Positions 30,504 to 40,397 of a stretch of DNA of 61,571 nt are shown piece by piece. Every line of letters starts with the position of its first letter. Position 1 is the stretch's first letter. The stretch comes from Candidatus Eiseniibacteriota bacterium. GTDB taxonomy: Bacteria; Eisenbacteria; RBG-16-71-46. Under the pieces are notes generated by a model. It worked only from the letters and a program-made list of their open reading frames with translations. It was not told the DNA's origin and ran no database searches. The stretch is taken from the NCBI GenBank assembly GCA_044222065.1, contig JBGAOA010000019.1, forward strand, positions 1-61,571. Reading direction: 5' to 3'. The position numbers were made by a program, and so were the translations under genes.

Positions 30504-31694
30504 TCAATCGGCGGGTGGTCCCACCCAGCGGTCGCCGAGGGCGAACCGCCGCCCCGGGTCGAGCGCTTCGCGGAGCCGCGTCCGGATCGCACGGATCGCG
30601 GCCGGAGCGCCCGTCCGCGGCCAGCCTTCGGCCGGCGCGAACGCGCTCTCGAACCCGGCCGAATCGGGGACGGCGTCCGGGCCGAGCGCGAGCCGGCCGG
30701 CGGCCGCGTGGAAGAGCGCGCCCGCGCGCGCCGCGGGCGGCAGGGCCGCGAGCGACGCGGGCGAGCGGTCGGGCGTCACGAACGCCAGCGCGAGGTCCCG
30801 GGCGCGCTCGAGGTCGGCGAGCGCCTGGGCGAGCCGTGCGACGTCGGCGCCCGCGAGCTTCGCGCGCGGGGCGCCGAGCGCGTCCACCGCGCGGCGCTCC
30901 TGCTCGGCGGTCCACGCCGCGTCGCCCTCGAGGCCGAGCGCGACGAGCGCGCCCGCCGCACCCGCCGGAGCGGCCGCGAGGCCCGACGCGAGTTCGCGGC
31001 CCACGACCGTCAGGAACGACGGTTCGAGCCGGGCGAGCGGCTTCCAGCGCGCCGGCTCCACGAGCGCCGCCTCGTCCATCGTCCAGAGCAGCGCCGCGCG
31101 CGCCTCCGGCGCGGGCATCAGCTTGAGGCTCGCCTCGACGATCACGGCGAGGCCGCCGCGCGAGCCCGCGAGCAGGCGGTGGATCGCGTAGCCCGCGACG
31201 TTCTTCACGACGCGCCCGCCGGTGCGCGCGAGCGTGCCGTCGCCGAGAGCGAAGTGCGCGCCGAGCACGCGGTCGCGCGGGGCGCCGAAGCGGAACCGGC
31301 GCGCGCCGCACGCGTTCGTCGCGAGCACGCCGCCGAGCGTCGCGCGATCGGCGAACGCGCACTCGAGCGGCAGCTCCTGGCCCTCGCGTTCGATCGCGGC
31401 GCGCAAGGTCGCGATCGTGACGCCGCACTCGGCGCTCACGACCAGGTCCTCGGGGTCGTACTCGACGATGCGGTCGAGCGCGCCGAGGTCGAGCGCGAGG
31501 TCGTAGCGCCCGGGCGCGGACAGCAGCGCGAGCGACGTGCCGCCGCCGACCGGCGCGACCGCGAGCCCGTCGCGGTTCGCGCGGGCGAGCGCCTCGGCGA
31601 GCGCCTCGCGCGTGCGCGGCCGCTCGACGGAGCGCGGCGCGAGCCCTCCGATCGCGAAGCGCGCGAGTTCCGTCGGCGCGGCCGTCAGATCCAC
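30504..31694 (-). CDS. glcE: Glycolate oxidase FAD-binding subunit (GlcE-like)
   Basis: GTG overlapping the glcD end; IVEYDPEDLVV, ATLGGVLA, GGRVVKNVAGY, LDP C-terminus. Confidence 0.8.
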   Translation of the reverse strand: MDLTAAPTELARFAIGGLAPRSVERPRTREALAEALARANRDGLAVAPVGGGTSLALLSAPGRYDLALDLGALDRIVEYDPEDLVVSAECGVTIATLRAAIEREGQELPLECAFADRATLGGVLATNACGARRFRFGAPRDRVLGAHFALGDGTLARTGGRVVKNVAGYAIHRLLAGSRGGLAVIVEASLKLMPAPEARAALLWTMDEAALVEPARWKPLARLEPSFLTVVGRELASGLAAAPAGAAGALVALGLEGDAAWTAEQERRAVDALGAPRAKLAGADVARLAQALADLERARDLALAFVTPDRSPASLAALPPAARAGALFHAAAGRLALGPDAVPDSAGFESAFAPAEGWPRTGAPAAIRAIRTRLREALDPGRRFALGDRWVGPPAD

Positions 31695-33196
31695 GGCCCC
31701 TCCGCGTCGCCGCGCACGCGCATGCCGCCGAGCTGCGCCGGCGCGCGGCCGTCGTGCGCGTGCGCGCCCTCGCCGCAGCCCGCGCCGCCCGGCAGCACCT
31801 TCGAGGGATTCAGCAGGCCGTCCGGGTTGAGCGCCGCGCGCACGCGCGCCATCACGGCGAGGTCCGTGTCGCGATAGACCTCGCGCATGAGCGGGCGCTT
31901 CTCGAGCCCGACGCCGTGCTCGCCCGAGATCGTCCCGCCCATGCGGATGCACGTGCGCAGGATCTCCTGCGACACCTCGACGGCGTCCTTCGCCTGCTGC
32001 GGATCGTCGGCGTCGAACAGGATGTTCGGATGCAGGTTGCCATCGCCGGCGTGGAACACGTTGCCCGCGACGAGTCCGCGCTCGCCCGCGAGGCGCATCA
32101 CTTCCGAGAGCGCTTCCGCGAGCCGCCGGCGCGGCACGACGCCGTCCATGACGTAGAAGCCGCTCGCCGCGCGGCCGTAGGCGCCGAACGCGGACTTGCG
32201 CCCGCGCCAGATCGCGGCGCGCTCGGCGGCGTCCTTCGCGATGCGGGTCGTGCGCGCGCCCCGGCCGCGCGCGACCTCGGCGACGCGCTTCCGCGCCTGG
32301 CGTTCGAGCGCGACCGCGGGCCCGTCGAGTTCGACGAGCAGCACCGCGCCCGCGTCCGTCGCGAGCCCGAGGTGCAGCCAGTCCTCGACGAGCCGCACCG
32401 TGACCTGGTCCATGATCTCGAGCGCCGCCGGCACGATGCCGGCCGCGATCGTCGCCGACACCGCGCGGCACGCCTCCTCGATCGTGACGAAGTCGAACAG
32501 CATCGTCTTCACCGACTCGGGCGAGGGCAGCAGCCGGACGCAGATCTCGGTGACGATCGCGAGCGTGCCTTCGCTGCCGACGACGAGCGACAGCAGGTCG
32601 CCGTCCGCGGCGTCGAGCGCTTCGCCGCCGAGCGTCGCGACCGAGCCGTCGGCGAGCACGGCCGTGAGCGCGAGCACGTGGTTGAACGTCACGCCGTACT
32701 TGAGGCAGTGCGGCCCGCCCGCGTTCGTCGAGACGTTGCCGCCGACGGTGCTCACCTGCTGCGACGCGGGATCGGGCGCGAAGTAGAGGCCGTGCGGCGC
32801 GACGAGGCCCGAGAGCCACAGGTTCACGAGCCCCGGCTGCACCCACGCGAGTTCGCGCTCGGGGTCCACCGACAGCAGCGCGTTCATGCGGTTGACGCTC
32901 AGCACGAGCCCGCCCGGCTCGGGCGTGGCGCCGCCCGAGAGCCCCGTGCCTGCGCCGCGCGCCGTGACCGGCAGCCGCTTCGCGTGCGCCCAGCGCACGA
33001 GCGCCGCGACCTCGTCGGTCGAGCGCGGCAGCACGACGACCGACGGCATCGTGCGGTCGATCGTCAGCGCGTCCGCTTCGTAGGTGAAGCGCGCCGCTTC
33101 GCTCGCGAGCACCCCCTCGGCGCCGAGCAACGCGCGCAGTTCGTCGAGGTCGGATTCGGCGAGCGCGGGAGGCAGCGCGGCGGCGGACGGTTCCAT
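31685..33196 (-). CDS. glcD: Glycolate oxidase subunit GlcD (FAD-linked oxidase)
   Basis: RGAGTGLSGG, APDPASQ, GGPHCLKYGVT, FHAGDGNLHP, SGEHGVG, LNPSKV. Confidence 0.9.
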   Translation of the reverse strand: MEPSAAALPPALAESDLDELRALLGAEGVLASEAARFTYEADALTIDRTMPSVVVLPRSTDEVAALVRWAHAKRLPVTARGAGTGLSGGATPEPGGLVLSVNRMNALLSVDPERELAWVQPGLVNLWLSGLVAPHGLYFAPDPASQQVSTVGGNVSTNAGGPHCLKYGVTFNHVLALTAVLADGSVATLGGEALDAADGDLLSLVVGSEGTLAIVTEICVRLLPSPESVKTMLFDFVTIEEACRAVSATIAAGIVPAALEIMDQVTVRLVEDWLHLGLATDAGAVLLVELDGPAVALERQARKRVAEVARGRGARTTRIAKDAAERAAIWRGRKSAFGAYGRAASGFYVMDGVVPRRRLAEALSEVMRLAGERGLVAGNVFHAGDGNLHPNILFDADDPQQAKDAVEVSQEILRTCIRMGGTISGEHGVGLEKRPLMREVYRDTDLAVMARVRAALNPDGLLNPSKVLPGGAGCGEGAHAHDGRAPAQLGGMRVRGDAEGPWI

Positions 33197-33236
33197 GCGC
33201 GGCAGGCTAGCACCTTCGCCCGCGCGAACCGGAACG

Positions 33237-34469
33237 TCAGGCGCGCGTCGCGGCCTCGAGCGCTCCGGCGAGCAGCGCGACGACGTCCACGACCTGCCGG
33301 TAGCCCGTTTCGAGCAGGAACGTGTTGTAGCGCGCGTACGACTTCGCGCCGAGCACGAAGAAGTCGGGCTCGGGGTTCCGAAGCACGTCGGCGCCTGCGG
33401 GCGGGACTTTCGTGCAGTCCGGTCCCGCGCCGAGCAACGCGGCCGACAGGTTCATGGGCCCGCGCGAGGCGTAGCACTCGTGCACCTGAAGTTCGCGGTA
33501 GATCGAGTTGTCGGGTCCGTGTCCGGTGTTGACCACGACCTGGTCCACCTCTTCGACGCGCATCGCCTCGCCGCTCCGCAGCGACACGCGATAGCGGTGC
33601 GTGGCCGAGTTGTATTCGAAGCCGTCGACGACGACGCCCTCGACGTGGCTCACGCTCGGATCCGCGCCCGCGGCGAAGGCGCGCGCCGACTCGAGCAGCG
33701 CGGCGCGCTCGGGCAACGGGTCGCCCGGCAGGGCGGGAAGCAGCGCCGCGCGCCGTTCGCGCGTCGCCCACACGGCGTGAGTGCCGGGAGCTTCGGCGGC
33801 GAGGCGCGCGAGCAGCGCGACGGTCGTCGCGGCGCTCGTGCCGCCGCCGACGACGAGCGTGCGCTTCGACGCGAAGCGCGCGCGCTCGAGTCCGAGCGCG
33901 TCGGGAACGTGGTAGTGGAGCTGCGGCCGCAGGTACAGCTCCTGGCGCGCCGGGATGCCGCCGTCGCCGGCGAAGTTCGGCTGATGGTACGTGCCGGAGG
34001 CGTCCACGACCGCGAACGCGTGCAGGAAGTTCTCGCGGCCGCCGGCGTCGCGCACGAACAGGCGGAACGGGTGCTCGCGCCGCGCGGGATCGCCGGGGAG
34101 GTCGCCCTTGAGCGCGCCCGCGCGCGAGACGTGCACGACCTGCGAGTGCGTGTGCACGCGGCCCGCGAGTTCGGGCAGCGCCGCGATCGGAGCGAGGCAG
34201 CGCGCGGCGAACTCGGCGCCGGTCGGCAGCGCGTCGGGCTCCGGCATCGTCCAGCCCGCGCGCTCGAGATGCTCGCGCGCCACGGGGCCGACGTTCGAGC
34301 GCCACGGCGTGAACATGCGCACGTGCCCCCACGCGATCGGATGCGAGCCGACCTCGCCTTGCTCGAAGACGTGGACGTCGAGGCCGTGGTCGAGCGCGGC
34401 GAGCGCGGTCTCGAGACCGATCGGACCGGCGCCGATGACGGCGAGCGTGTTACGGGCGGGCGCGGGCAT
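33237..34469 (-). CDS. FAD/NAD(P)-dependent oxidoreductase (flavin monooxygenase-like)
   Basis: IGAGPIG, WGHVRMFTPW, DASGT, VGGGTSA, EPDFFVLGAKSY. Confidence 0.85.
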   Translation of the reverse strand: MPAPARNTLAVIGAGPIGLETALAALDHGLDVHVFEQGEVGSHPIAWGHVRMFTPWRSNVGPVAREHLERAGWTMPEPDALPTGAEFAARCLAPIAALPELAGRVHTHSQVVHVSRAGALKGDLPGDPARREHPFRLFVRDAGGRENFLHAFAVVDASGTYHQPNFAGDGGIPARQELYLRPQLHYHVPDALGLERARFASKRTLVVGGGTSAATTVALLARLAAEAPGTHAVWATRERRAALLPALPGDPLPERAALLESARAFAAGADPSVSHVEGVVVDGFEYNSATHRYRVSLRSGEAMRVEEVDQVVVNTGHGPDNSIYRELQVHECYASRGPMNLSAALLGAGPDCTKVPPAGADVLRNPEPDFFVLGAKSYARYNTFLLETGYRQVVDVVALLAGALEAATRA

Positions 34470-34581
34470 GGTGGGCGTGTCCTCGGATCGCGGGGGGCGG
34501 GAGAGAAGCCGGGAAGTTATCGCTGAGATGCGCGGGGCGGGCAAGCGGCGCGCCGGTTTTCCGGCGGGGCGGCGCCGCGGC

Positions 34582-35745
34582 TCACTCCGGTCCGGGCGTC
34601 GCGAACTCCGCCACGATGGGCGCGTGATCGCTCGCGAGCCCGCGGCCGTCGAGTCCGCGCACGGTCGCCGCATGGCCGCCCGCGAAGCCGCGCGCCGCGA
34701 ACCAGTCGAGCCGGAGCGCCCCGCGCGCTTCCGCCCAGTCGAGCACCGGCGCGGTCGCGCTCCGCAGCCACGCCGGCAGCCGCATCACTTCCTCGAGCCG
34801 CTCGAGCCGCAGTTGCAGCGTGGGTGCGAAGTCCACGAAGCGTTTCCACTCGAAGCCCGCCGCGCGCAGCTCCGCGAACAGCGGCTCGCGGAACGGACCG
34901 CGATCCGGGTGAAGGAATCGCCGGCGCAGCAGCGGCCCCGGCCACGTGAGCAGCGACGATCCGCCCGAGAGCGGCGAGTGCCACAGCCCGCGATCGAACG
35001 TGTGCGTGTTCCAGTCGCCGGCGAGGATCACGGGGCGCCGCTCGTCGCGCAGCGCGTGCACGACCGTGCGGATCTGCGCCGCGCGGTGCGCGCGCGTGCG
35101 GTGCACCTCGAGGTGCGCGGCGACCGCGACGAACGGCGCGCCCGGCCGCGCCACGTCGGCGACGAGCGCGACGAAGCGGCCGAGCATGCGTTCGGTGTCG
35201 AAGATGAGGCGATCGGGGCTCGGCAGCTCGACGACGCGCACGCGTTCGATCGGCCAGCGCGACAGCACGGCGAGGCCGAACAGCGACTCTTCGTTCGCGC
35301 GACCGCCCGCGGTCGAGGCGTCGTCGTCGCGGCCGATCGTGGTCTCGAGGAACTGCGGCACCCATGCGCCGTGCATCCCGAGGGCGAGCGCGAGGTCCGC
35401 GGTCACGTCGCGGTTGCCGGCGCGCGCCATGCCGAGGTCGATTTCGTTGAGCAGCACGAGGTCGGCGCCCGCGAGCGCCGGGTGCGAGACGAGCGCGCGC
35501 TCGACCTGCTCGTACCAGTTGCCGTGCTCGATGTTCCAGTGCACGGCGCGGACGCACGACGGATCGCGAGGCGCGGCCGGCGGCGCTTGCGGCTCGTGTC
35601 GGCGCACGGTCGCGAGCACCGCCGCGACGCGCGCGCGCAGCGCCGCGCCGTCGGGCGAGGCGTCGAGCGCCGCGAGCGTCTGGAAGCGGTCGAGGTCGCG
35701 CTTCAGCGCGTGCGCTTCGGAGACGAGTCGGGCGTCGTGGGGCAT
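34582..35745 (-). CDS. Endonuclease/exonuclease/phosphatase family protein
   Basis: HWNIEHG, LLNEID, GLAVLSR, AHLE, AGDWN, LDW, ASDHAP. Confidence 0.88.
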   Translation of the reverse strand: MPHDARLVSEAHALKRDLDRFQTLAALDASPDGAALRARVAAVLATVRRHEPQAPPAAPRDPSCVRAVHWNIEHGNWYEQVERALVSHPALAGADLVLLNEIDLGMARAGNRDVTADLALALGMHGAWVPQFLETTIGRDDDASTAGGRANEESLFGLAVLSRWPIERVRVVELPSPDRLIFDTERMLGRFVALVADVARPGAPFVAVAAHLEVHRTRAHRAAQIRTVVHALRDERRPVILAGDWNTHTFDRGLWHSPLSGGSSLLTWPGPLLRRRFLHPDRGPFREPLFAELRAAGFEWKRFVDFAPTLQLRLERLEEVMRLPAWLRSATAPVLDWAEARGALRLDWFAARGFAGGHAATVRGLDGRGLASDHAPIVAEFATPGPE

Positions 35746-35789
35746 GGGGACGGGGACTCTAGCGCGGCGCGCTTCGGCGGGCACGCACG

Positions 35790-37022
35790 TCACGCCCGTC
35801 CGGCGCCGCGCGCGACGCCCGGAGCGATCGGGCGCGCTGGCGCGAGCGAGCTCAGCGCGTGCTTCAGGCGTTCCTTGACCGTCTTGCCTTCGAGCGCGTC
35901 GCACGTTCGCGCCAGTGCCCGCGCCCTCTCGAGCGAGCAGCCGAGATGCCGGAGCCATGGGATGACGCTGCGATCGGGATCGTTCTCGCGTGCCTCGCGT
36001 TCCTCGCGATCGCGCTTCGCGTCGGCCGCGCGGTCGCGCTTCGTGTTCATGAAGCGCTCGCCGAGGGCACGTTCAGCCTCGTACTGATTGTGCGCGCGGC
36101 AGCGCAGTCTGAGATTGCCGGCGGTCGGAGCGCCGCCTTTCGCGATCGGCAGCACGTGATCGAGTTCGAGGCGCGTGCGCGAATCGCAGCGCTGGCCGTT
36201 CGTGCCGACGAACGTGCAGCGCGAGCCATCGCGCGCCCACACGGCGCGCTTCACTTCGGCCGGCACGTAGCGCGACTTGCCGTCGCTCGTCCGGCGGCCC
36301 GGGCGCGTCGTCGCGCCGGTGCGCCGCTTTTCGAGCTTCGCGATCAGCGCGTCGAGCGCGCGATCGAGCACCTGCGCGAGGTTCTTGTCGGGGATCGCGT
36401 GGCTCAAGAGTTCGCGTGCGCGCTCGAGCTTGCGCTGCGTGCCGCCCGAAATCGTGACCTGGAGCGCGAAGCGCTCGGGGGCGAGGGGCGTCGTGCGGGA
36501 GGGCGGGGCGATGGCGCCCGGAGCCTGAACGCGATTCGAAGCCTCAACTGGTTCCGGAACCAGTTCGTTGCCGCTTTGGATCGCGCCGATGGGCTTCACG
36601 AACGCCGGCACGTCGGGACGCGGGAAGCGCTGCGCGAGCAGTGACGCGATCTCTTCCTTGGTGCGGCCGGAAGCCTCACGCAGTAGCTCGTCGGCGTTGG
36701 CAGGCGTGAGATGCGGCGCCAGCTTCAGCGCGACCGTGAAGCTGAGCGTGCCGGCCGCCAGCATCTCGAAGACGGCCGGGAACTCCCGCCCCGCTCGCGC
36801 GACCTGGATGCGCTTGAAGGCTTCATCCTCCGAGAAGCCCAATTCGCGAACGCAGTAGGCGTGCATCGAAGCGCACGCGAGCGGCGCGAAGAGCTTCCGC
36901 GCGTCTACTTCGGCGAGATGCGCGAGCAGTTCGGCCGTGGTCATGCGCTCGCGGGTGACGAGCGTGCGCAGCGAGGTCAGAAGCGAGTCGTCGGCGAGGT
37001 GGGTCAGCGAGTGGCGAATCAC
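35790..37022 (-). CDS. DUF222-like N-terminus + HNH endonuclease + RuvA-CTD-like helical tail
   Basis: GTG at 37022 after GGAG; LLAHLAEVDARKL..SMHAYCVRELGFSEDEAFKRI; VWARDGSRCTF..C..LELDHVLPIAKGG...NLRLRCRAHN. Confidence 0.85.
   Translation of the reverse strand: MIRHSLTHLADDSLLTSLRTLVTRERMTTAELLAHLAEVDARKLFAPLACASMHAYCVRELGFSEDEAFKRIQVARAGREFPAVFEMLAAGTLSFTVALKLAPHLTPANADELLREASGRTKEEIASLLAQRFPRPDVPAFVKPIGAIQSGNELVPEPVEASNRVQAPGAIAPPSRTTPLAPERFALQVTISGGTQRKLERARELLSHAIPDKNLAQVLDRALDALIAKLEKRRTGATTRPGRRTSDGKSRYVPAEVKRAVWARDGSRCTFVGTNGQRCDSRTRLELDHVLPIAKGGAPTAGNLRLRCRAHNQYEAERALGERFMNTKRDRAADAKRDREEREARENDPDRSVIPWLRHLGCSLERARALARTCDALEGKTVKERLKHALSSLAPARPIAPGVARGAGRA
36546..36565. repeat. Perfect 20-bp palindrome inside the HNH gene
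   Basis: AACTGGTTCC|GGAACCAGTT. Confidence 0.9.
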
Positions 37023-37262
37023 GACGCAACTCCGCCGGGGGCGGGTCACGCGGGGGCTGCGTGCTGTTCATAGCACGCGTGTTTTCGGGCGCCGTGCGTG
37101 CGCGGACTCGCACGATCGTCGCGCGTCGAGACATCGCGATTGCATCCGACGCTTTCGCGCGATCCAATCGCCGCGCTCGCAGCGTGGCGCGGCGCCACGG
37201 AGTGTCCGGCGAGATTTGGCGCGTGCGCCCGCCAAACGCGTCAAGAGGAGGCTCGCCGACCG

Positions 37263-37631
37263 TCAGCGCGGCGTCGGCCTTCCGCCCCGCGTCGCGATCC
37301 ACACGGCCAGCGTCCACGACGGCACGAGATCGAACGCCGGGATGAGTTCGGCGGCGAACGCGGGCAGGAAGGCCCAGTGCCAGCCGACGAGCCGCCACAT
37401 CAGCACGGCGACAAACACGTCGAGCGCGTCGTTCACCGGTGACAACGCGCCGCCGCCGAACACCGGCAGCAGCAGCCACTGCACGACGTCGGCCGCGATC
37501 GCGACGCCGAGCGCGAGCCCGGTTCGCCGGCGCCGCGGGCCCGGAGCGGTCTCCGCGGCCGCGGCGTCCGCGCGCGGGACGCGCGTCGCCTCGAGTTCTT
37601 CGGCGGACGGCTCGGACTTCGGATCGTTCAT
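37263..37631 (-). CDS. Small membrane hypothetical protein
   Basis: AAGGA RBS; ALGVAIAADVVQ...GWHWAFLPAFAAELIP..DLVPSWTLAV. Confidence 0.7.
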   Translation of the reverse strand: MNDPKSEPSAEELEATRVPRADAAAAETAPGPRRRRTGLALGVAIAADVVQWLLLPVFGGGALSPVNDALDVFVAVLMWRLVGWHWAFLPAFAAELIPAFDLVPSWTLAVWIATRGGRPTPR

Positions 37632-37785
37632 GCGCGGGACGCATCCTTGGAGAGGGGGCGCGCGTTGCTCCCGTGTCGCCCACAACCTAGACTTCCGCCC
37701 CATCCGACACCAACGCCGATTCGCCGCCGATCGCGCCGCGCGAGGCGACTTCGGTCCCGCTGTGCCCTTCCGGAGACCGTTCTTC

Positions 37786-39300
37786 ATGTCGCGTCCACGC
37801 ACCCTGGGTGAACTCCAGTCGTCCGGCTACCAATCCCGCTCGGTCAAGGACGAGCTGCGCGCCAACGTCATCGCCGCGATGCGCTCGGGCGAGCCGCTGT
37901 TTCCGGGCGTGCTCGGCTACGAGCACACGGTCGAACCGCAGATCGTGAACGCGCTGCTCTCGCGTCACGATTTCATCCTGCTCGGCCTGCGCGGGCAGGC
38001 GAAGACGCGCCTGCTGCGCTCGCTCGCGCGCTTCCTCGACGAGTGGATTCCCGCGATCGAGGGCTGCCCGCTCAACAGCGACCCGCTGCAGCCGCTCACG
38101 CACCACGCGCGCACGCTCGTGGACGCGAAGGGCGATCACACGCCGATCCGCTGGATCCACCGCGACGAGCGCTACCAGGAGAAGCTCGCGACGCCGGACG
38201 TGACGATCGCGGATCTCATCGGCGACCTCGATCCGATCAAGGCCGCGAGCCTGAGGCTCGACTACTCGGACGAGCGCGTCATCCACTACGGCATCATCCC
38301 GCGCTCGAACCGCGGCATCTTCGCGATCAACGAGCTGCCGGACCTCCAGCCGCGCATCCAGGTCGGCCTGCTGAACATCCTCGAAGAGAAGGACTTTCAG
38401 ATCCGCGGCTTTCCGGTGCGCATTCCGCTCGACGTCGCCGTCGTGTTCAGCGCGAATCCCGAGGACTACACGAACCGCGGCAACATCATCACGCCGCTGC
38501 GCGACCGCATTCAGTCGCAGATCGTCACGCACTACCCGCTGACGCGCGACCTCGGCATGGCGATCACGCTGCAGGAGGCGTGGCAGCGCCGCGACTCGGG
38601 CGTCGCCGTCGTCGTGCCGGCGTTCATGCGCGAACTCGTCGAGGAAGTCGCGATCCAGGCGCGCAAGAGCGAATACGTGGACCAGAACTCCGGCGTGTCG
38701 GCGCGGCTGCCGATCGCGCTGCTCGAAAACCTCGTCTCGAACGCCGAGCGCCGCGGCCTGCGCACCGGCGAGGGACGCGTGTTCACGCGCGTGTGCGACC
38801 TGCAGCAGGCGGTGTCGGCCGTGAGCGGCAAGGTCGAACTCGTGCTCGAGGGCGAGCAGGAGGGCGCGCTGAACGTCGCGCGCGCGCTGCTCGGCCGCGG
38901 CGTGAAGGCGATGTTCGCGCAGCGCTTCCCCGACGCGTTCAAGCCGCGCCGCGCGCGGCGCGGCCAGGCGGCGTCGATGGAGGAGAACGAACCGCAGGCC
39001 GCGACCGAGTACCGCCCCGTGCTCGAGTGGTTCGCCTCGGGCAACCACGTCGAGATCGGCGACGACCTGCCGCACGAGGACTTCGCCGCGCGGCTCGGCG
39101 CCGTGAAGGGCCTGCGCGAACTCGCGACGCGCTACCTCGAGACCGAGAGCGCGGAGGAGACCGCGGTCGCGATGGAGCTGGTGCTCGAAGGGCTGCACCA
39201 GCACTCGATGGTGTCGCGCGAGCGCGGTGACGGTCCCGGCGCGCGCACGTCGTACAAGGACATGTTCAAGAGCATGCTGTCCGGGCTCGGAGAGGACTGA
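37786..39300 (+). CDS. Mg-chelatase-like AAA+ ATPase (partner of the VWA protein)
   Basis: RTLGEL, LLGLRGQAKT, EKLATPD, FAINELPDL, ANPEDYTNRG. Confidence 0.9.
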   Translation: MSRPRTLGELQSSGYQSRSVKDELRANVIAAMRSGEPLFPGVLGYEHTVEPQIVNALLSRHDFILLGLRGQAKTRLLRSLARFLDEWIPAIEGCPLNSDPLQPLTHHARTLVDAKGDHTPIRWIHRDERYQEKLATPDVTIADLIGDLDPIKAASLRLDYSDERVIHYGIIPRSNRGIFAINELPDLQPRIQVGLLNILEEKDFQIRGFPVRIPLDVAVVFSANPEDYTNRGNIITPLRDRIQSQIVTHYPLTRDLGMAITLQEAWQRRDSGVAVVVPAFMRELVEEVAIQARKSEYVDQNSGVSARLPIALLENLVSNAERRGLRTGEGRVFTRVCDLQQAVSAVSGKVELVLEGEQEGALNVARALLGRGVKAMFAQRFPDAFKPRRARRGQAASMEENEPQAATEYRPVLEWFASGNHVEIGDDLPHEDFAARLGAVKGLRELATRYLETESAEETAVAMELVLEGLHQHSMVSRERGDGPGARTSYKDMFKSMLSGLGED

Positions 39301-39305
39301 ACGCG

Positions 39306-39754
39306 ATGAAGTGGGTGCGTGCGATCGGCGGCGTCGCGTTCGGCTGCGTCGTCGGCGTCGTCGTCATGATGGGCATCGGCACGATCGGACAGCGGCTCTT
39401 CCCGCCGAAGCTGGAGCTCGACCTGACGAACATCGCCGAACTGAAGCGCATCGCGCTCCACCGCATCCCGCTCGGCGCGCAGCTCTTCATGCTGCTGAGC
39501 TGGGCGATCGGCTCGTTCATGGGCGGCTGGGCCGCGGCGCGTCTCGCCGGGCACTCGCACGTCGCGGTCGCGGTCGCGACCGGCGCCGTGCTCATGGCGA
39601 TGCGCGGCTGGACCATGACGAACATGTCGTATCCCGCGTGGATGGCGGTCGTCGGCCTCGCGTTGTTCCTGCCCTGCGCCTGGGCGGGCGGCAGCTTCCG
39701 CGCGGCGGGCGCCGCGCCCGCGGCGCCCCCCGCCTCCGGAGGCGGCGCGGCGGC

Positions 39755-39758
<4 letters not shown>
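39306..39758 (+). CDS. Four-TM membrane hypothetical protein
   Basis: Hydrophobic helices; tightly coupled in the operon. Confidence 0.7.
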
Positions 39759-40393
<635 letters not shown>

Positions 40394-40397
40394 CACC

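Noticed and set aside
35746..37262. IS element or IscB/TnpB identity for the HNH gene
   Set aside because: No RuvC motifs, transposase, terminal inverted repeats or target duplication were visible.
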